DNA of 64,000 nt from Candidatus Cloacimonadota bacterium (GCA_963676615.1 OY781092.1:1184001-1248000); one strand, 5' to 3'. Positions 10,127 to 23,944 are shown, numbered from the stretch's first letter. The notes: generated by a model from the sequence alone, not told the origin. Numbers and translations: made by a program.

Positions 10127-10996
10127 TTATAAATTCCAAAATCTTCCCAAATAATCACTAACACCTACCCAATCAGGGAAAACAGTATCTACTGTTTTCC
10201 CAATTATAAACAGTTCTTCTTTTATTCGATGTTTTGCTTTTGAAGGCACAATTAACCTCTCACGATCAATATTAGTGCTGTCAAGTTTAGCTAAAGATTC
10301 TCTAGTCCCATCAATACCAAACAATAAAAACGCTCCTTGTTGCATTTTGACCCTTGGATTATCAAGTAAAGGATGAACACAAAATACAGACTCTAAAGTT
10401 TTTTTATCAATAAAAGATGAAAAATAAGACTTTTCAGCTTTAATTTCATGCAACAAATATTGTATTGATGTTTGTTTGTTAAAGCCTTTTCTTCCATTTT
10501 CATAATCTGGACTAAAATTTCTTATATCAAGATTGTCATGGCTGTACACAGCTATGTTTGAAACACAACTTACAGCATCGGAACAATGACTTTTAATTAC
10601 ATTCTTAGGAACAGAATAAATTAAAACCGATGCATCTACATCACTAGTATCCTCTCCGCTAAGAGGATCGTCATAAACACTAAAAAATAAAGCTATAAGA
10701 GGATCAAGCGAAACATCAAGTAATCTAGTTGGAATTCGATAATGTTGCATATTAACAAGACGTTCAAATGTAGTTTTACAATTCTTAAATTCATCTGGCA
10801 AACGTCTTTCACATTCTCGAAAAATATTATGTTCTTTCAAAAGCCTATTGTTACGACCTATGCTTGGCGTTCCTGCACTATCTCCATAATCTTTCGACTC
10901 TCCACGAAAATATAATTTCCTACCTTTCTTATCATTGCAACTCTTCTTTTCATAAAGATGTTCAACTAAATCAGCAATACAATTAATATAATACAC
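10127..10996 (-). CDS. FRG domain-containing protein
   Basis: LYFRGES, MQHYRIPTRLLD...PLIALFF and NPRVKMQQGAFLLF motifs; GTG start. Confidence 0.9.
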   Translation of the reverse strand: MYYINCIADLVEHLYEKKSCNDKKGRKLYFRGESKDYGDSAGTPSIGRNNRLLKEHNIFRECERRLPDEFKNCKTTFERLVNMQHYRIPTRLLDVSLDPLIALFFSVYDDPLSGEDTSDVDASVLIYSVPKNVIKSHCSDAVSCVSNIAVYSHDNLDIRNFSPDYENGRKGFNKQTSIQYLLHEIKAEKSYFSSFIDKKTLESVFCVHPLLDNPRVKMQQGAFLLFGIDGTRESLAKLDSTNIDRERLIVPSKAKHRIKEELFIIGKTVDTVFPDWVGVSDYLGRFWNL

Positions 10997-11163
10997 TCAC
11001 ATTCCTTTACTTTTATTTAAACGATTCTTAGAGCTACTTAACCTTCACTAAAAAAACACTCCACAACAAAGCAAATTTCTTTTCTTATCTTTGTCAATCA
11101 AAACTTTTCCCCTACAAAAAAACCGATGCAAAATGCAAACACACTAATATAGACGGTGCCTAA

Positions 11164-11394
11164 TAACTCTTAACTTAATAAAGTTTTTCTATCTCCAAAT
11201 TCGCAGTAATTTATCTTATAAAATGGTTTTATGCACAAAAAGTGATCTAATTTCAACTATCTCAAACAAAGCTGTGTAGTGTACACTTGGAATGGAGTAA
11301 CTAACAACTATTAACTCTTAACTTAATAAAGATTTTTTTAGCCCAACTTCGCGGTAATTTACCCCGAAGCTGTGTGATGCACACTGCGAGTGGG
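11164..11394 (+). repeat. Degenerate tandem duplication downstream of 5S rRNA
   Basis: TAACTCTTAACTTAATAAAG identical at 11164 and 11312, each followed by ccaa.ttcgc.gtaattta and atgcaca. Confidence 0.75.
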
Positions 11395-11465
11395 AAAATT
11401 ATGAAAAATTTGGGCATCTCTAATCTATTGCTTTAAAAACTTTTTGAACATAAAAAAACTCTCTG

Positions 11466-11583
11466 TTATGGCGGCGTCCTACTCTCCCACACAGTTGCCC
11501 GTGCAGTACCATCGGCGCAGACAAGCTTAACTGCTGTGTTCGGAATGGGAACAGGTGTTGCCTTGTCGCTATAGCCACCATAA
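11466..11583 (-). rRNA. rrf: 5S rRNA
   Basis: Minus strand contains CCCATTCCGAACAC and GATGGTAC...GGGAGAGTAGG; flanked by a complementary processing stem. Confidence 0.96.
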
Positions 11584-11796
11584 CAAAGAGCTTTAGGTTT
11601 TGTTAAACTGCTAAAGTTTTAAGCTTCATTTTAGCACTTCTTTTTTTGAAAACTTCACCCTCTTGCAGTGTCATAAACACAGCTTCGGGGTTCGTTTCCC
11701 AAAAAAATAAGCACTTTAACAAAATCTAACTTTAGCTAATTCAACAAATTAACAAAATTGTTATGATAAAAGTTGGTGAGATATTAAAAAGAAAAA

Positions 11797-14762
<2,966 letters not shown>

Positions 14763-14858
14763 TTTGATTCTCTTTAATAATCTCACCACTTCTATAAAAT
14801 TTCTATTCAAAAGATCTAAAATTTTTCGCCGTTAAATCGGCATTTTTTCTAAAATAAA

Positions 14859-14934
14859 TGGTGGAGGATAACGGATTCGAACCGTTGACATCCTGCTTGC
14901 AAAGCAGACGCTCTACCAGCTGAGCTAATCCCCC
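14859..14934 (-). tRNA. tRNA-Ala(TGC)
   Basis: GGGGGATTAGCTCAGCTGGTAGAGCG...TTGCAA...GTTCGAATCC...CCA, 76 nt. Confidence 0.97.
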
Positions 14935-14949
14935 AGGTAAATTGCAAAG

Positions 14950-15158
14950 CAATTTGCAATTAATAATTTATAATTGATAGTTGATAATTAAGGAGCTAAC
15001 GCTCGTTTTTTTTGTATTTACATTCAGCTTCTTACAAGTTTTAACTATTTTTTGGGCAAACAAAAAAGCTTTTTCATAAACAATATTTTTTCTCATCTTT
15101 CCAAGCTCCAAGTGATTGCATTCACAATTATCAATTGTTAACTATCACTTATCAATTC
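14950..15158. repeat. Two mutually complementary heptamer-repeat arrays (14950-14991 and 15124-15158)
   Basis: caatttg caattaa taattta taattga tagttga taattaa versus acaatta tcaattg ttaacta tcactta tcaattc. Confidence 0.75.
14968..15096 (-). pseudogene. Truncated four-helix-bundle (23S rRNA IVP/TIGR02436-like) gene remnant in the rRNA spacer
   Basis: Hand-translated MRKNIVYEKAFLFAQKIVKTCKKLNVNTKKTSVSSLIINYQL*, GGAG SD 9 nt upstream; N-terminus fits the recalled family N-terminal helix. Confidence 0.6.
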
Positions 15159-15189
15159 ATTTTTTAATATCAATTCTGATATTAAAAAA

Positions 15190-15266
<77 letters not shown>

Positions 15267-15325
15267 ATTAGAATAAAAATAGGTAGAGTAAACTTCCACA
15301 ACCAATCGATTGTTTTTTTCCTTTA

Positions 15326-16892
<1,567 letters not shown>

Positions 16893-16962
16893 AATAAATT
16901 TGTTTGATTGACTGTTTTGGTTTACTCTACACTTCTATAAAATTTTCTTTCAAGTATCTGTT

Positions 16963-17157
16963 TCAATTGTAAAAGCACTTTTCTGATTGAGGCGTTTTGT
17001 GTCAACATCAAATTTTCAAAATTTTTTGGGACAAAAAAAACACCTACCTTCAATCTGTGATTTCCTATCTAAGCAATTGAAGGTTAGGATTAAGCCTCAA
17101 ACTTTTAGCCGCTTCTCAATTGTGAATCGTTTGTATTTTCTTGCGTTTGTGCGTCAA
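16963..17157 (-). promoter_or_regulatory. Tandem rRNA promoters (P1 -35 TTGACG at 17152-17157, P2 -35 TTGACA at 17000-17005)
   Basis: Two similar blocks TTGAC..CA.AAACGC...ACAATTGA upstream of 16S. Confidence 0.55.
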
Positions 17158-17233
17158 TGGAAAAGTTAGAGTTTCTACATTTCAATAGACAAAAAGCGCC
17201 TCTAAATATTTTATAAGCTAGAGCGATAGCAAT

Positions 17234-18451
17234 TCAATACAAAAACCCAAACAGAAACAACGGCACGACATTATCGAAGCCAATTTCGATGTCGTCTCGC
17301 AGGACATAAGCGTTTTCGAGCTGTTTAATTTGCTTGCGAGATTTGCTGCGTCCGCCGATTTCTACCTCAACTGCGCCGCCAGTTGTTTGCATTGTGTAGT
17401 CGACAAATTTCGAAGCTGAGAGCTGGTCGCCCAGTTGGCTGACGAAAAACGATTCCCGAATATTACCCAAATCGGAGGTGTGCTTCCAAAGTTCGCTGCT
17501 GACCGTGTAATACAAATTGGGGTTTGAGAGCAGCACCTTGGCGCGTTGCAGCGAGCGGACACTCGACTTCTGCCGCCGAACGATGTTAATCATCTCCGCT
17601 CTGTCCATCAAATCCAGATATTCGTAAAGCGTCTCCTTGTTGATATCCAATTCGTTGCACATACTCGCCACGACGACCGTCGGAATGGTGGACATCGCCA
17701 AATACGCCAGCAGTTTTTTGAACTGATAGCTGGACGAGCTTTTGATGTTTTTCAGCGTCGGAATGTCCTCGTAAATCACTTTATCCAGAACATTATACAG
17801 CGCCTGTTGATACTCCAAATCGGAATATTCCACAAAAAACGGATAAAACCCGAACCGTTTATACTCCCAAAAATATTTTTTCAACTCGGGAATTTTTTGC
17901 GAAATCTGCGAGCTAATGCTGATGTGATTGCTCAAAATTTCCTCGAGAGAATACGCCTGCAACTTCTTTCCATACTTCAATTCCAAAAACTCACGAAACG
18001 ACAACCCTTTCAAATTGTAAACGACCGCTCTTCGCGAAAGGTCGCCTTTTTGGTTGAGGATATTCAACTTGGAGCTTCCCAAAATTACGATTTTTTTGTC
18101 GGGAAACGCATCGTAGAGCGCCTTGACATCCAGCGACCAATTTTCCTGCTTGTGCACCTCGTCGATGATGACCGCATCGCCATATAGCGCAAAATACTCC
18201 TTGGCAATCGCGTAGATTCCGAACTTTGCCACCAGCGGATTGTCCACGGAAAAATAAAGGCACTTATCGATCGAGCCGTATCGCTCAAGATAATGCTGCA
18301 GCACAAAAGTCGTCTTGCCCGTGCCTCTGGCGCCAATCAGCACTATCAGCCGCTTATCCCAGTTAACTTTTAGATACCGCCGAAACTCGCTCGGCGCAAA
18401 ACTCGCCAGCTTGTTTTGTATCTGAAACAGCCCGTTCAATGTCTTTTTCAT
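17234..18451 (-). CDS. AAA+ ATPase (AAA_14/DUF4143-type)
   Basis: Walker A GARGTGKT, Walker B IIDEVHK, LGSS, LSFREFL, GFYPF; C-terminal EVEIGG. Confidence 0.88.
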   Translation of the reverse strand: MKKTLNGLFQIQNKLASFAPSEFRRYLKVNWDKRLIVLIGARGTGKTTFVLQHYLERYGSIDKCLYFSVDNPLVAKFGIYAIAKEYFALYGDAVIIDEVHKQENWSLDVKALYDAFPDKKIVILGSSKLNILNQKGDLSRRAVVYNLKGLSFREFLELKYGKKLQAYSLEEILSNHISISSQISQKIPELKKYFWEYKRFGFYPFFVEYSDLEYQQALYNVLDKVIYEDIPTLKNIKSSSSYQFKKLLAYLAMSTIPTVVVASMCNELDINKETLYEYLDLMDRAEMINIVRRQKSSVRSLQRAKVLLSNPNLYYTVSSELWKHTSDLGNIRESFFVSQLGDQLSASKFVDYTMQTTGGAVEVEIGGRSKSRKQIKQLENAYVLRDDIEIGFDNVVPLFLFGFLY

Positions 18452-18540
18452 TTTTCAACCTCTACAACAAACTAAAAGTGACCATTACACTTGTCAAGTT
18501 TTATTTAAAAGTGAACTCCCTAGCTGTCACTTTTTTCGCA

Positions 18541-18577
18541 AAAAAAGCACCTCCACCTTTCATGATGGAAGTGCTTT
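18541..18577 (-). terminator. Rho-independent terminator after the nitroreductase gene
   Basis: aaaagcacttcca...tggaggtgctttttt on the minus strand. Confidence 0.7.
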
Positions 18578-18602
18578 TGTGATTTACTTTGTTGCCGACG
18601 GA

Positions 18603-19397
18603 TTATTTTTGCACCGCTCTAGCATACTTCGTGGCTGGCTTGCCAAGCAGCATCAGATAGCCAATCTCATGATCGTCGGGAATGCCCATACGCTTCCGCA
18701 ATTTTGGCGAGCTATCCACAACAAACTTGACCATCCCGTTCCACAAAGTCCCAAAACCGCTACTCACAGCCAACAACTCGAAGCTGGTGAGCGCAATGAC
18801 GCTGTCCACGATTGGCGTCGCACAACTTTTGGCAGCGGTGGCAATTACCAAGTGTGGCGCTCCCCGAAACATTATGTCGATGCCGCTACTCTCCCACATT
18901 TTTTGGAATTGCAACAAAAGCCCCAAAAACTCCGACGACTGACCAGACTCGCCCATTTTCGCCACCTCCTGATAGGTCAATTCCACAATCTCCGCCATAT
19001 CTTTTGGATCGTCAATCACCACAAAATTCACCGCCTGCGCGTTGTGCCCCGTTGGCGAATGCAAAGCTGTGTTCACCATCTGGCTGATGACCTCTTTGTC
19101 CAGCGCCTCTTTTTTGTATTTCCGCACCGAACGACGCAGCTTAATCAAATTGCTCATCTGCTCTCCAGAAGGCAACTCTGCGCTAGCCGGCACGCTCTTG
19201 GCAGGGTCAACATCCAAAATCGACAACGCTCCCGTCGGACAAACCGCCAAACAGTGCTGACACTTGATGCAGCCGTCCTCTTTGCCCTGAATAAGCGCCG
19301 GAAACTCGCCCTCGCCGCTGAGCACCATCATCGGACACTCCTGAACGCAAAGCCCACACTTCACGCACTTTTCTTGGTTAATCTTAAAATTCAACAT
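18603..19397 (-). CDS. Nitroreductase family protein with N-terminal 2x[4Fe-4S] ferredoxin domain
   Basis: CVKCGLCVQECP, CIKCQHCLAVCP, RRSVRKY and SPTGHN motifs. Confidence 0.93.
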   Translation of the reverse strand: MLNFKINQEKCVKCGLCVQECPMMVLSGEGEFPALIQGKEDGCIKCQHCLAVCPTGALSILDVDPAKSVPASAELPSGEQMSNLIKLRRSVRKYKKEALDKEVISQMVNTALHSPTGHNAQAVNFVVIDDPKDMAEIVELTYQEVAKMGESGQSSEFLGLLLQFQKMWESSGIDIMFRGAPHLVIATAAKSCATPIVDSVIALTSFELLAVSSGFGTLWNGMVKFVVDSSPKLRKRMGIPDDHEIGYLMLLGKPATKYARAVQK

Positions 19398-19427
19398 ATC
19401 CTTTTCCTCCTTGTTAATGTTGTTTCT

Positions 19428-19994
19428 CTACTTTTTCTTCAAATCTAGCGTCATTCCGTCGTGCCAAGCGTTGCCAATCTGCTCTCCGATCGCCCAATAC
19501 TTGTTGTCTGGCATCGTAAAAAGCGACACGCCCATCTTGACGAAATCCAACTTTCCGTCTGTGAAATAGCGATCCTCGCTCCAAGCTCCAACAATTTCAG
19601 CGATGTAAAAATTGTTCGACGGCAATTCGACCACCTGCACAATTTTGCACTCCAAATTCAACGGCGCATCTTTTATCAAAGGAGCGTTTTTCAACTCGCC
19701 ATAAAAAGTTTCGAAAATCTGCGATTTGTCCACTTTCTCTCCCGAAAAAATACCCACATAATCAGATTTTTGCACCTGCTCTGGCGACGGAAAAGCCAAG
19801 CTAAACTCCCTATTTTCCAACAAACCTTTGGTCGTGTAATGCGGCTTGCCAATGCCAATGCCCAGCATCGGTGGATTTGCGTTCACCCTCGAAACAAACC
19901 CCACAGTCATAAAATTTTCCTTGCCGTTCACCTTCGTCCCCACAATCGTGTGGGGCATCGGAATAAAAACATTGTTGTTCTCCAACTTTTTCAT
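19428..19994 (-). CDS. Flavin reductase family protein (flavoredoxin-like)
   Basis: PMPHTIVG...NFMTVGF...PPML...APLIKDAPLNLECK. Confidence 0.9.
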   Translation of the reverse strand: MKKLENNNVFIPMPHTIVGTKVNGKENFMTVGFVSRVNANPPMLGIGIGKPHYTTKGLLENREFSLAFPSPEQVQKSDYVGIFSGEKVDKSQIFETFYGELKNAPLIKDAPLNLECKIVQVVELPSNNFYIAEIVGAWSEDRYFTDGKLDFVKMGVSLFTMPDNKYWAIGEQIGNAWHDGMTLDLKKK

Positions 19995-20010
19995 AGCCTC
20001 TCCTTTTTCT

Positions 20011-20029
20011 ATATTGCTTGCACATACAA
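20011..20029. promoter_or_regulatory. Putative MarR operator, copy 2
   Basis: ATATTGCTTGCACATACAA, exact inverted copy of 20500-20518. Confidence 0.6.
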
Positions 20030-20047
20030 GCGTTTACTCAAAAAAAA

Positions 20048-20479
20048 TTACCCTTTTAGACCTTTGTTAACAAACGAAATTTCCTCTGTGAGCCGCTTCA
20101 CTCTCTCTTCGCCTATCAAATCGCAAAACCGCTGATAAACATTCGCCCAAGCCTTGTGCACCAAGCCGTTCAGCTTTTTGCCCTCGTCCGTCGCAAACAA
20201 ACACGACGCTTTGCCCTCGACCTTTCTATAAATCAAGCCGCGATCAACCAACTTGTCCACAAACCGCGTCACCGTTGACGGCGCCAGCGCCATAATTTTT
20301 GCCGCATCTGCTTGGCACAACCCTTCGTTTTCGCTAATCAACATCAACAAAACCGCATACGACGGCGACAATTTGGTTATCATAAACTCTTCGTCAGCAA
20401 TCTTCGCCATCTTCCTCACCAACTCGCTAGCGGCAAAAAATAAGCAACCACTCAAATAATTGTCGTAATCTTGAAGCAA
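20048..20479 (-). CDS. MarR family transcriptional regulator
   Basis: wHTH LAPSTVTRFVDKLVDRGLI...TDEG; TTG start at 20479 after AGGAGAGG (ORF track 20515). Confidence 0.9.
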   Translation of the reverse strand: MLQDYDNYLSGCLFFAASELVRKMAKIADEEFMITKLSPSYAVLLMLISENEGLCQADAAKIMALAPSTVTRFVDKLVDRGLIYRKVEGKASCLFATDEGKKLNGLVHKAWANVYQRFCDLIGEERVKRLTEEISFVNKGLKG

Positions 20480-20499
20480 AACCTCTCCTATGTTTTCAG

Positions 20500-20518
20500 T
20501 TGTATGTGCAAGCAATAT
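20500..20518. promoter_or_regulatory. Putative MarR operator, copy 1, overlapping the marR promoter
   Basis: TTGTATGTGCAAGCAATAT imperfect palindrome just downstream of a minus-strand TTGACA. Confidence 0.6.
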
Positions 20519-20544
20519 TTTTCAAACATCTTGTCAACTTTTTT

Positions 20545-21114
20545 CTAATTTTGCCGAAGTTCCTGCCAGCGAAAACAGCTGGTCGTATGGTCGTTAACCA
20601 TTCCGATTGCCTGCATAAAAGAGTAGCAAATCGTCGCACCGACAAAGCTAAAGCCTCTTTTTTTCAGCTCGGCGCTCATTTTTTCGGAGATTTTGCTGGA
20701 GACTGGCACTTCCTCTTGACTCGCCCAACAATTTTGCACGGTCTGCCCACCGACAAAGCCCCAAAAATAGGCGTCCAGACTACCAAAATCTTCGACGATT
20801 TTCAGAGCCACACGGGCGTTTTGCACGGCAGAAGCAATTTTGCGGCGATTACGCACGATGCCTGTATCCGCCAGCAACTGCTCGATTTTACGCTTGTCAT
20901 ACTTTGCGATTTTGCGAAAATCGAAGTTATCGAACGCTCGGCGATAATTTTCTCGCTTTTTGAGGATAGTCAACCAGCTCAAGCCCGCTTGCGCTCCTTC
21001 CAACACCAAAAATTCAAAAAGAAGTCTATCGTCGTGCACAGGCACGCCCCATTCGGTGTCGTGATAGGCGATATACAGCGGGTCGTCCGCGCACCAGGCA
21101 CATCTCGTTCGCAT
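20545..21114 (-). CDS. tag: DNA-3-methyladenine glycosylase I
   Basis: RCAW, YHDTEWG, LEGAQAGLSW, NDH...C. Confidence 0.96.
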   Translation of the reverse strand: MRTRCAWCADDPLYIAYHDTEWGVPVHDDRLLFEFLVLEGAQAGLSWLTILKKRENYRRAFDNFDFRKIAKYDKRKIEQLLADTGIVRNRRKIASAVQNARVALKIVEDFGSLDAYFWGFVGGQTVQNCWASQEEVPVSSKISEKMSAELKKRGFSFVGATICYSFMQAIGMVNDHTTSCFRWQELRQN

Positions 21115-21124
21115 CTTCGGGACG

Positions 21125-23944
21125 CTACTCTCGTTCCGCCAAAAACTGCCCAGTGAAGCTTTCTGGCACTGCTGCCACCTCTTGCACAGTTCCCACAGCG
21201 ACGACTTGTCCTCCGCCGTCTCCGCCGTCTGGACCGAGGTCGATTATGTAGTCGCTGGCGGCGATCACATCCAGATTGTGCTCGATGACGATTATCGTGT
21301 TGCCCATATCCACCAAGCGATACAGCACCTGCAGGAGCTTATTGATGTCGTCGAAATGCAGCCCCGTGGTCGGCTCGTCCAAGAGGTAGAGCGTCTGTCC
21401 CGTGGAGGTTTTCGATAGCTCCCGCGCCAGCTTTATCCGCTGAGCTTCGCCGCCAGAGAGCGTCGTTGACGACTGCCCGAGCTTCACATAATCGAGCCCA
21501 ACATCCACCAGCGTCTGCAACTTCGTGCGAATCGCAGGGATATTCTCAAACAGCTCCAGCGCCTTGGAAATCTCCAAATCCAGCACATCGGCGATGTTAT
21601 ACCCCTTGTATTCCACCGTGAGCGTCTGTTGGTTGTAGCGCTTGCCGTGACACACGCTGCACGGCACAAAAACATCGGGCAGAAAGTGCATCTCGATTTG
21701 CTTCAAACCATTGCCGCCGCAAGCCTCGCAGCGACCGCCTTTCACATTAAACGAAAAACGCCCCGCGTTAAATCCGTGCAATTTCGCCGCAGGAAGCGAC
21801 GCAAAAAGTTTGCGAATTTCGTCAAAAACTTTGATGTAAGTGGCTGGATTCGAGCGTGGAGTCCTGCCAATCGGGCTTTGGTCGATGTTAATCACCTTGT
21901 CGAAATATTTCTCGCCCGTGATTCTTTTGTGCTTACCAACCGGATATTTGCTCTTATTGATTTTGTTCGCCAAAAACGGATAAACGATTTGGTTCACCAG
22001 CGACGACTTTCCACCGCCAGAAACGCCCGTCACACAAGTGAAGAGCCCCACAGGAAACGCCACATCAATCTCCTTGAGGTTGTTGTGCGCCGCGCCATAA
22101 ACCCGCAGCATCTGCCTTCCTTTTTTTCGCTTTCGACTGGGCACCTCAATTTTCTTTGCCCCGCTTAAATATTGCCCTGTGAGCGATTTGGGATTTGCCA
22201 TAATTTCTGCCACGCTGCCTTGAGCGACGACCTCTCCGCCGTTGCAACCAGCCAGCGGTCCAAAATCGACAACCTGGTCGCTACTTTCCATCATCTCCTG
22301 ATCGTGCTCGACCACCAAAACGGTGTTGCCCAAATTTTTTAGGCGCTGCAACATCCGAATCAGCGAGCGATTGTCCCGCTGATGCAAGCCGATCGACGGC
22401 TCGTCCAAAATATACATCACGCCCACAAGCCCGCTACCGATTTGGCTGGCAAGCCGTATCCGCTGAGCCTCGCCACCCGAGAGCGTCGGCGCAGAGCGGT
22501 TCAGATTAAGATAGTGCAAACCAACCTCTCGCAAAAATGTCAGCCGATCGATTATCTCCTTCAAAATTTCGCTGGCAATCTGCAACTCTTCTCCCTGCAG
22601 ACTCAAGTTTTTAAAATATTCCAGCGCCCGAGAAACCGACATCCGCACGATTTGGTCGATGTTGTGTCCGTCCACCAACACCGCAAGGCTCTTGGGATTG
22701 AGCTTTTTTCCGTGGCAATGCGGACAGACCTCTTCGCCCATAAAACTCAAATAATATTTGCGCATATACGACGACGCCGTGGTTTTCAGGCGCCGCGAGA
22801 GCATCGGCACAACGCCCTCAAAGCCGCTATCGAAATTATACTCGCCTCGCCGAGAGCTCCACACCACATTCACAGGCGAGCTGTGCCCGTAGAGAATCGC
22901 CTCTCTTGCTTTGGCTGGCAAATCTTTCCAGGGCGTCTTTAGACTAAAGCCGAGATTTTCCGAGAGCCCCTTGACCAGCTGATACTCAAGGCTGTCGGTC
23001 TTCTCGCTGAGCTCCTTCCAGACTTGCACAGCGCCGTTCCAAAGCGAGAGATTTTTGTTTGGAACAATTTTTTCGGGGTCAAAATCGAACAAAATTCCAA
23101 GTCCGTTGCAATGCTCGCACATCCCAATCGGGCTGTTGAACGAAAAAGATTGCGGCGACAAATCGTCGAAACCGATACCGCAATCGGGGCAAGAGTTTTT
23201 CTCGGAAAGCATCTCCTGCTGGTTACTTTCGGGATAGTCCACCTTGAGGAAACCGCCGCTGAGCCGCAGCGCCGTCTCGATCGAATCCGCCAGCCGAGAG
23301 CGAATCTCCTGCTTGAGCACAAGCCGATCCACCACCACATCGATGGTGTGCTTGCTCTTTTTGTCCAGCTGAATATCTTCCGAAAGTTCCCGCACTTTGC
23401 CGTTAATCATAATCCGCGCAAAACCCTCTGCACGAGCCTCCTCGATCTCCTTGGTGTGCGTGCCTTTGCGATTTTTCACCATCGGCGCCAAAATCTGCAA
23501 CTTCGTGCCTTGCGGGCGTTTGTAGATATGCTCCACAATCTGGTCAACCGACTGGCTGCCAACGGGTTTGCCGCAAATGTGACAGTGCTGCTTGCCCACT
23601 CGCGCAAAGAGCAATCGCAGATAATCGTAAATCTCAGTAATCGTCCCCACAGTCGAGCGAGGATTTTTGGACGCCGTTTTTTGCTCGATAGAAATCGCTG
23701 GCGAAAGCCCCTCAATGTAGTCCACATTCGGCTTTTCCATCTGCCCCAAAAACTGCCGAGCATAGCTGGAGAGGCTCTCCACATAGCGCCGCTGCCCCTC
23801 TGCATACAGCGTGTCGAACGCCAAAGACGATTTGCCACTACCAGAAACGCCCGTAAAAACCACCAGCGAATCACGAGGAATCGTCAAATCAACGCTCTTG
23901 AGATTGTGCTCTGCCGCACCTTTGACAACAATTTTATCTTTCAT
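21125..23944 (-). CDS. uvrA: Excinuclease ABC subunit A
   Basis: Two ABC cassettes (GVSGSGKS, GVSGGGKS, LSGGEAQR twice) and zinc fingers. Confidence 0.98.
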   Translation of the reverse strand: MKDKIVVKGAAEHNLKSVDLTIPRDSLVVFTGVSGSGKSSLAFDTLYAEGQRRYVESLSSYARQFLGQMEKPNVDYIEGLSPAISIEQKTASKNPRSTVGTITEIYDYLRLLFARVGKQHCHICGKPVGSQSVDQIVEHIYKRPQGTKLQILAPMVKNRKGTHTKEIEEARAEGFARIMINGKVRELSEDIQLDKKSKHTIDVVVDRLVLKQEIRSRLADSIETALRLSGGFLKVDYPESNQQEMLSEKNSCPDCGIGFDDLSPQSFSFNSPIGMCEHCNGLGILFDFDPEKIVPNKNLSLWNGAVQVWKELSEKTDSLEYQLVKGLSENLGFSLKTPWKDLPAKAREAILYGHSSPVNVVWSSRRGEYNFDSGFEGVVPMLSRRLKTTASSYMRKYYLSFMGEEVCPHCHGKKLNPKSLAVLVDGHNIDQIVRMSVSRALEYFKNLSLQGEELQIASEILKEIIDRLTFLREVGLHYLNLNRSAPTLSGGEAQRIRLASQIGSGLVGVMYILDEPSIGLHQRDNRSLIRMLQRLKNLGNTVLVVEHDQEMMESSDQVVDFGPLAGCNGGEVVAQGSVAEIMANPKSLTGQYLSGAKKIEVPSRKRKKGRQMLRVYGAAHNNLKEIDVAFPVGLFTCVTGVSGGGKSSLVNQIVYPFLANKINKSKYPVGKHKRITGEKYFDKVINIDQSPIGRTPRSNPATYIKVFDEIRKLFASLPAAKLHGFNAGRFSFNVKGGRCEACGGNGLKQIEMHFLPDVFVPCSVCHGKRYNQQTLTVEYKGYNIADVLDLEISKALELFENIPAIRTKLQTLVDVGLDYVKLGQSSTTLSGGEAQRIKLARELSKTSTGQTLYLLDEPTTGLHFDDINKLLQVLYRLVDMGNTIIVIEHNLDVIAASDYIIDLGPDGGDGGGQVVAVGTVQEVAAVPESFTGQFLAERE

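Noticed and set aside
11164..11394. Possible CRISPR array or integron attC sites
   Set aside because: Only two degenerate copies, no regular repeat-spacer period, no RYYYAAC/GTTRRRY pairing, and no cas or integrase gene in the window.
14968..15096. Diversity-generating retroelement suggested by the Avd-related remnant
   Set aside because: No reverse transcriptase or TR/VR pair in the window.
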